Of a DNA stretch of 64,000 bases, positions 58,936 to 64,000 are shown piece after piece. How positions within the stretch are numbered: position 1 is the first letter of the stretch; each line of letters opens with the position of its first letter. The stretch comes from a virus. The DNA is taken from positions 27,084 to 91,083 of the IMG/VR virus record IMGVR_UViG_3300027969_000073; one strand, given 5' to 3'. The notes under the pieces are model-generated. The model saw only the letters and a program-made list of their open reading frames with translations. It was not told the DNA's origin and did not search any database. A program made the position numbers and the translations under genes.

Positions 58936-59375
58936 AAAAATTAATTTTACTAATAATGTTGATTGTTCCCATATTGGGAGCAGCACAATGGAGTTACGAA
59001 ATTGTAGATAACGGTTTTGATGAGCCTTATAAAATTGCTTACACTAAAAAAACAGATGGAGCTTTTCTTAAAATGGAAAATATTAATGGAAGCATTATTT
59101 TTTACATTCAAGGAGAATACTTTTGTGATACAGAAGCAGAAGTAGTACTAGCTTTTAAAACTTTAGGAAGCTATCAAAGATATAATACTATTGGTACAGT
59201 ATCTAATGATGGTAATGCTATTTTTTTAGACCCTGATTTAGCTAATAGTGAAGCAAATTATCAATTTTTACACTGTGATATATTAAGAATTAAAATTGTA
59301 GAAGGCTCATGTGCTGAACAAATTTATGAATTCAATATGACAGGAAGTACTAGAGCTTTTAATTATATGAAATAA
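58932..59375 (+). CDS. Secreted/periplasmic protein with Sec signal peptide
   Basis: MKKLILLIMLIVPILGAA|QW: signal peptide with Gln at +1. Confidence 0.7.
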   Translation: MKKLILLIMLIVPILGAAQWSYEIVDNGFDEPYKIAYTKKTDGAFLKMENINGSIIFYIQGEYFCDTEAEVVLAFKTLGSYQRYNTIGTVSNDGNAIFLDPDLANSEANYQFLHCDILRIKIVEGSCAEQIYEFNMTGSTRAFNYMK

Positions 59376-59533
59376 TGCCAGATATATCAATGTGCCAAAA
59401 CACAGCTTGTCCATTAAGAGAAGTATGTTATAGGTTTAAAGCTGTACCTAATGAACGTCAGGCATATGCAAATTTTGAACCTGATGATGATGGAAAATGC
59501 GAGTATTTTATAAAACTAAAAAAAGAAACATGA
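59375..59533 (+). CDS. Small Cys-rich phage protein (52 aa)
   Basis: MPDISMCQNTACPLREVCYRFKA...GKCEYF; overlaps both neighbours. Confidence 0.7.
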   Translation: MPDISMCQNTACPLREVCYRFKAVPNERQAYANFEPDDDGKCEYFIKLKKET

Positions 59534-60417
59534 TAGAAAAAGTAACAAGAAAGACTTTTACTATTAGGGAATCAGGAAGATCTAGTGATTATATTACTCC
59601 TTCATTTGGTTATGGATGCCTGTTAAAGTGTGGTTATTGTTACATGAAAAGACATAAACCTGAAGGTTTAAGTATTGCTAAAAATGTAGGAGATATACTC
59701 ACCAGCATTAATGACCATGCATATTTCTATTCTGATGTAGAAAAGCCTAATCAAACTGATGCAGAATATATCACCTATGATATAGCTTGCAATGAAGATT
59801 TTGCTCTGCATTCTAAGTATTACAATTGGGAATACATCTTTGAGTTCTTTAGAGACCATCCTGTTGCTAAAGCAACATTTGCTACTAAGATTATACCTAT
59901 TAACTTTCTAAGTTTTGACCCTCAGAATAAAGTTAGGATTAGATTTAGTCTTATGCCTCAAAAGATATCTGATGTTTTAGAGCCCAAAACTAGTAAGATT
60001 ATAGACAGAATCAAAGCAATTGATGCATTTATAGATGCTGGATATGATGTGCATGTAAACTTTTCACCTGTAGTAATTTATAAAGGTTGGGAAGAAGACT
60101 ATGAAGAGTTATTTCATATGCTAAATGATTATGTAGACTATAAATCAACAGTAAAAGCTGAAGTTATATTCTTGACTCATAATGAAAAAAAGCATTTGTA
60201 TAACTTAGAAAACAATATTTCTGGAGAAGAATTAATGTGGACACCTAGTATTCAAGAAAGTAAAACTTCTCAATATGGTGGTAAAAATGTAAGATACAGA
60301 TATGACCTTAAAAAAGATTTTATTAGTAATTTTATAAAAATCCACGATGAAATAATTCCTTGGAATACAATTAGGTATTGTTTTACTTTTTTAGTACTTT
60401 TATCTCAAATTATATAA
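59530..60417 (+). CDS. Spore photoproduct lyase-like radical SAM protein
   Basis: GYGCLLKCGYCYM (CxxxCxxC), FATK, RIRFSLMP, NFSPV; start at ATG 59530 (ATGA overlap). Confidence 0.85.
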   Translation: MIEKVTRKTFTIRESGRSSDYITPSFGYGCLLKCGYCYMKRHKPEGLSIAKNVGDILTSINDHAYFYSDVEKPNQTDAEYITYDIACNEDFALHSKYYNWEYIFEFFRDHPVAKATFATKIIPINFLSFDPQNKVRIRFSLMPQKISDVLEPKTSKIIDRIKAIDAFIDAGYDVHVNFSPVVIYKGWEEDYEELFHMLNDYVDYKSTVKAEVIFLTHNEKKHLYNLENNISGEELMWTPSIQESKTSQYGGKNVRYRYDLKKDFISNFIKIHDEIIPWNTIRYCFTFLVLLSQII

Positions 60418-60418
60418 T

Positions 60419-61006
60419 ATGGGAACAAAAGAATTAGACATCAAAGGACAGAAATTTAATAAATTAACAGCAATTAAATATGTTGGTAATGAAAAATGGG
60501 AATTTGAATGTGAATGTGGAAAGATTATTATAAAAACAACTAGTGATGTAAAAAGAGGCAAAACAAAATCTTGTTCCAGAATATGTACTACAGGAAATCC
60601 TAGTAAACACCCTTTATACCAAACCTGGGATGGTATTAAAAAAAGATGTTATCAAATTGGAGCAACTGGATATAATAATTATGGAGGCAGAGGTATTAAA
60701 ATGTGTGATGAATGGAAAAATTCATTTTGGACTTTTGTATTTGATATGGGTAATAAGCCTTTTATAGCTTCAACACTTGAAAGAATTGATAATAATTCTG
60801 ATTATTGTAAAGAAAATTGTATTTGGGCAAGTCCTAAAGAACAGGCTTCAAATAGAAGAAATAATATTTATATTACTTATCAAAATAAAATCTATACACT
60901 TTATAGTATTTGTAACCTTTTAAAACTTAAACACAGTACAATTTATTGGAGATTACAAAAAACTAATTTATCTCCTCAAAAATATTTTGAAAAGAATATT
61001 TTTTAA
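60419..61006 (+). CDS. HNH-type homing endonuclease
   Basis: GQKFNKLT, CECG, YGGRGIKMCDEW, TLERIDNNSDYCKENCIWA..EQASNRR. Confidence 0.85.
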   Translation: MGTKELDIKGQKFNKLTAIKYVGNEKWEFECECGKIIIKTTSDVKRGKTKSCSRICTTGNPSKHPLYQTWDGIKKRCYQIGATGYNNYGGRGIKMCDEWKNSFWTFVFDMGNKPFIASTLERIDNNSDYCKENCIWASPKEQASNRRNNIYITYQNKIYTLYSICNLLKLKHSTIYWRLQKTNLSPQKYFEKNIF

Positions 61007-61010
61007 AATA

Positions 61011-61452
61011 TTAACCTGCTGAAGATAGACATGGTGATTTTATACTCTTAGGCAGTATCTAATTGCTTTTATGCACGCCAAGTAACGTGGTAATGTGTAT
61101 TGGACGGTGAGTCTAAATATCTTTCCTCTCTGCAGAGCGACATAAGAAAGAATCTCATTCCACTTGGGGACAGGTTAAAAAATTGTAAGTAGATGACCAT
61201 GAAGCGCAACTAAACAAACTAAAAGTGCCCACGGTAGTACATGGATCAGGCACTTTATCTACTTATATTGTGTTGTTCCCTTGAGAAAGGAGGTATTGAT
61301 AAAAAAGGAAGTTGTTAAAAGTAACAATATGCTTACAACACAGAGGACTTCTCATCCTTAAGACACATAAACTTCAGTTCCCGCACAGCAGTGAGATGGG
61401 CTAAGTTATATACAATTTCTCGGAGCTGGAAGTAGAAAGCTGAAGAATGTGT
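61011..61452 (+). ncRNA. Four tandem structured RNA modules
   Basis: Closing stems TTAACCTG/CAGGTTAA (61011-61178), GTAAGTAGAT/ATCTACTTAT (61185-61266), TGTGTTGT/ACAACACA (61269-61342), ACACAT..CTTCAG/CTGAAG..ATGTGT (61363-61452). Confidence 0.55.
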
Positions 61453-61458
61453 TTTTAT

Positions 61459-61568
61459 AGTCAGGTGGCGGAATGGTAGACGCAACCAATTGAAGGGTCG
61501 GAGATAGTGGGAACCTAGTTGTTCTAGTTGTGAACCCCTCCATACAGGTTCAAATCCTGTCCTGACTA
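61459..61568 (+). tRNA. tRNA-like RNA (Leu-type scaffold, non-canonical anticodon/variable region)
   Basis: AGTCAGG/CCTGACT acceptor stem; TGGCGGAATGGTAGACGC D-arm; ACAGG-TTCAAAT-CCTGT T-arm; about 60-nt middle; no encoded CCA. Confidence 0.7.
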
Positions 61569-61698
61569 CGCCTTTGCAGTATGGGTAATATAGAAGCTGT
61601 AAGGTCTATGGGGTATTGCCGCCCTCGATAGATAGTGTAGTGGTATGCTACGTTTTAGCTACTCAATGCTAAATGACAGCGTGGAAAGACACGCATAT

Positions 61699-61793
61699 AG
61701 TCAGGTGGCGAAATGGTAGACGCTATCGTTACAAAGGTAGAATGGTAAATAGTTTACGCTCCATTCATATAGGTTCAAGTCCTGTCCTGACTA
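61699..61793 (+). tRNA. tRNA-like RNA, second copy of the same scaffold
   Basis: Same acceptor, D and T arms; unrelated ~45-nt middle (CTATC-GTTACAAA-GGTAG plus long arm). Confidence 0.7.
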
Positions 61794-61883
61794 CGGAGTC
61801 TGAAGTAACAGATACCTTACTCCCATATGGCACTCAGTCCGTTAAGCTGGGGAAACAGGTTGACTGCTAGGAAAGACTAGTGT

Positions 61884-61951
61884 AGGCTATTCCTCTAGTG
61901 GAAAGATACTATTTTATAGTAAACCCATGGTTCGATTCCATGGATAGCCTC
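61884..61951 (+). tRNA. Short degenerate tRNA-like RNA (possible TTT anticodon)
   Basis: AGGCTAT/ATAGCCT acceptor; AGTGG D-loop; TACT-ATTTTAT-AGTA; CATGG-TTCGATT-CCATG T-arm. Confidence 0.55.
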
Positions 61952-61976
61952 TCATGTTTCATGGTGGTTACATGTT

Positions 61977-62009
61977 GGCAGTCGGGAGTGGTTACTCGGC
62001 TGCCTTTTT
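61977..62009 (+). terminator. Intrinsic terminator closing the RNA array
   Basis: GGCAGTCGGG-AGTGGTTA-CTCGGCTGCC-TTTTT. Confidence 0.75.
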
Positions 62010-62104
62010 CTAAAATTAAATCAAATGGTAAGAAGACAGATAGTATCAATACTCATGCTGATGGTGCTTGTAGCATTTCATCTAGCATGCATTAAATTCA
62101 CGTT

Positions 62105-62578
62105 ATGGTTAGTAAGTATTTAATTATACCAATAGGTATAGCCTTATTCCTAACGACTAGGCACGAGGTGAGGTATGTAGAACGAGAGGTCTACGTACAG
62201 AAAATTATTCCAAAGACAGAGTTCAGTCCTGACAACCTAATAAAAAAACTCAAGCGAATGAACATCAGGCACTATAAGGTAGCGTACGCCCAGGCCTTAC
62301 TAGAGACCGGTCGGTTTACCTCAAGCATGTTTGCTAGGAACAACAACTTGTTTGGCATGAAGGTGAGCCGTCAGAGGGCTAACACGTGTAGTGGTGAGGT
62401 GATGGGTCATGCCTACTATAGGACGTGGGAGGAGTCGGTGGTTGACTATGCTCTGTACTACAACAAGTACTTGTCTCGGATGAGCGAGGATGAGCTGTAT
62501 AGCTACATGGGCAGGAACTATGCGGAGGACAAAAATTATGTAACTAAATTAAAACAAATAGTATGCGAAGTAAAATAA
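62105..62578 (+). CDS. Membrane-anchored GH73 glucosaminidase-like protein
   Basis: N-terminal TM; YAQALLETG..S..FARNNNLFGMK, YAEDKNY. Confidence 0.8.
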   Translation: MVSKYLIIPIGIALFLTTRHEVRYVEREVYVQKIIPKTEFSPDNLIKKLKRMNIRHYKVAYAQALLETGRFTSSMFARNNNLFGMKVSRQRANTCSGEVMGHAYYRTWEESVVDYALYYNKYLSRMSEDELYSYMGRNYAEDKNYVTKLKQIVCEVK

Positions 62579-62754
62579 TCAAGGACAAGGACGGGAAGTA
62601 TTTCGTCATGACGAAGGGACGATTCTTCTTTAATCGTTGGAGGTATGCACGTAGCAAGTTTGACAAGCTCGTGCTGGAGTTCAAGTCTGTAGCTCAGGCT
62701 GAGGAGTATATAGTGTACGGCAAGGAGCCAAGCAGGGTGAAGGTATGCAAGTAG
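62563..62754 (+). CDS. Hypothetical protein
   Basis: Overlap-coupled ORF. Confidence 0.55.
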   Translation: MRSKIIKDKDGKYFVMTKGRFFFNRWRYARSKFDKLVLEFKSVAQAEEYIVYGKEPSRVKVCK

Positions 62755-63041
62755 GGTCAGTTGTAAAATGCATCGATGATTCGATCAAGGCTGAGGAGAT
62801 AGTGTTCGTCAGTAAGGCATATCGGCAGTGGGTTAAGAAGGACATGGAGTACACTGTTCGCCAAATCTTTGACAACGAGGGCATAGTGACTGGATGTGTG
62901 CTTGAGGAGATTGTCAACGGCCCGATACCTCAGAAGTTATTGGGCGGTAGATGGCAGGAGCCTGCGTTCAGGCTGTCACGTTTTGTTGAATGTGAAGAAG
63001 TTGAGCAGATGAGAAACGAATATATTAAAGAGATGATATGA
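62745..63041 (+). CDS. Hypothetical SH3-like phage protein
   Basis: MQVGSVVKCIDD...YTVR...LEEI...F..SRF. Confidence 0.6.
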   Translation: MQVGSVVKCIDDSIKAEEIVFVSKAYRQWVKKDMEYTVRQIFDNEGIVTGCVLEEIVNGPIPQKLLGGRWQEPAFRLSRFVECEEVEQMRNEYIKEMI

Positions 63042-63166
63042 AAGCAACACGAGAACGAAGAGTAAAGCAGTTGATTAAAGAAGATTGGAAAGAACGAAAA
63101 TTAACGAGAAAAAGTACTATAGATGATAATAGATTTAATTATAAAAACAACGAAGAAGGAGCATGA
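63038..63166 (+). CDS. Small basic hypothetical protein (42 aa)
   Basis: ATGA overlaps at both ends. Confidence 0.5.
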   Translation: MKATRERRVKQLIKEDWKERKLTRKSTIDDNRFNYKNNEEGA

Positions 63167-63519
63167 CAGATATAGAGAGTTATATAATGAGAAACACAGA
63201 GATCGAGCCGGAGGACTTGTCTCTGTACTTCACGTGCAAGAGGTACAAGGGTAAGTACTTCGCTCAGATGAAGAAGGAGGCCGTTAAGCACCTTAGATTG
63301 ATGGGCATGACCCACATGCAGATAGCACCGATAGTAGGCTATGCACAGCACTCGATGATATCGCATGTGCTGAACACACATGTAGACATCGAGAGGGACA
63401 ATTTGAACATCATCAGAGAGAACTGGCAAGCATGGGTTAGGAAGGGTCTGTACCCGAAGACTGGCAGAGATTCGTACGGATACACGGAGATTAAACTAGT
63501 AACAAAGGAAGAGTTATGA
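63163..63519 (+). CDS. HTH protein (DnaA domain IV-like)
   Basis: MTHMQIAPIVGYAQHSMISH resembles the xIGxxxxxDHSTVxH signature. Confidence 0.5.
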   Translation: MTDIESYIMRNTEIEPEDLSLYFTCKRYKGKYFAQMKKEAVKHLRLMGMTHMQIAPIVGYAQHSMISHVLNTHVDIERDNLNIIRENWQAWVRKGLYPKTGRDSYGYTEIKLVTKEEL

Positions 63520-64000
63520 AAGGATTTATTAAGCGTTACTATGGTGATGACATCGTAAATGGAAAGGGTTTAGAGGACATGCTTAAGGCATACAGAGAGG
63601 AAGTCATTAAAGAGATTGAAAGCAAAAAGATGAAAGCAAAACTGATTAAAGAAAATGGAACATATTTTTTAAAAGGAGATGGTATTCCTAACCCTGCTAA
63701 ATTAAACTTTTATAACTGTGATGAGATATTTGGAGTATTTGATGTTGAGAAGTTGGCTGATGAATATTGTATTCATGAACCTAAAAATGTAATAGAATTA
63801 AGAGATGTTAATCTTATTAAACTAGGTTTTAGAGATGGCTTCAACAAAGCAATGGAGTTGAATAAAAACAAGGTGTTTACTTTAGGTCAACTTAAAACAG
63901 CTATGGATATGGCAAGAGTTATTATTAATGATAAATATGCACATAGCGGAGAAGAAATATTTCAATCCCTCCAACAACCAACAGAAATTGAAGTGATGAT
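63516..64000 (+). CDS. Hypothetical protein (partial)
   Basis: ATG 63516; frame open to the window end (MKGFIKRY...GFNKAMELNK...QSLQQPTEIEV). Confidence 0.6.
   Translation, partial: MKGFIKRYYGDDIVNGKGLEDMLKAYREEVIKEIESKKMKAKLIKENGTYFLKGDGIPNPAKLNFYNCDEIFGVFDVEKLADEYCIHEPKNVIELRDVNLIKLGFRDGFNKAMELNKNKVFTLGQLKTAMDMARVIINDKYAHSGEEIFQSLQQPTEIEVM

Noticed and set aside
60400-61180. Group I intron around the HNH gene
   Set aside because: No recognisable P7/R/S elements and no room for an intron core upstream of the ORF.
61795-61860. Theta/HDV-like or hammerhead ribozyme 3' of tRNA-like 2
   Set aside because: Stems are present, but neither a CUGANGA core nor HDV P1/P3/P1.1 topology could be fitted.
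61896-61911. Third GAAAGA hairpin (TAGTG-GAAAGA-TACTA)
   Set aside because: It lacks the TGAC flank and overlaps the D-arm of tRNA-like 3, so it may be coincidental.
61673-62095. ORFs 61673-61870 and 61898-62095
   Set aside because: They overlap tRNA-like RNAs and a terminator; the RNA explanation is stronger.
55316-62100. CRISPR array or Cas13b-like GTTG...CAAC repeats (56656-56722, 61272-61339)
   Set aside because: Single occurrences, wrong length, no repeat-spacer periodicity; they are stems of other RNA structures.
1-64000. Stop-codon reassignment (TAG/TGA) as in some crAss-like phages
   Set aside because: ORFs are long and dense under code 11; MCP, terminase and the gene after MCP end at TAG; no canonical suppressor tRNA is seen.

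Overview
This is a 64-kb segment of an AT-rich crAss-like (Crassvirales-type) phage genome, probably infecting Bacteroidota/Flavobacteriia, read with the standard code. The minus strand (1-55.3 kb) carries the virion/late module in crAss-like order: DEDD exonuclease, HTH and HU/IHF-like proteins, terminase, portal, major capsid protein, ring and tail proteins, a holin/spanin/GH19 lysis cassette, tail tubular and stabilisation proteins, and six large virion cargo proteins including the DFDID-type virion RNA polymerase, with a ferritin gene inserted among them. A strand switch at about 55.3-55.9 kb contains iteron-like repeats. The plus strand then carries small early genes, an SPL-family radical SAM gene, an HNH endonuclease and two dense non-coding RNA arrays (56.2-57.0 kb and 61.0-62.1 kb). 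The most notable observations are: (1) about 19 copies of a [YFHM]xxGGx[MLF] motif that punctuate two cargo proteins into modules, suggesting a processed polyprotein or packaging tag; (2) near-terminal cysteines on consecutive, otherwise Cys-poor giant cargo proteins, suggesting head-to-tail linkage; (3) a twister ribozyme; (4) a tandem RNA array with two tRNA-scaffold RNAs with replaced middles and several kissing-loop modules. All calls come from reading the sequence by eye; no searches or folding programs were run.
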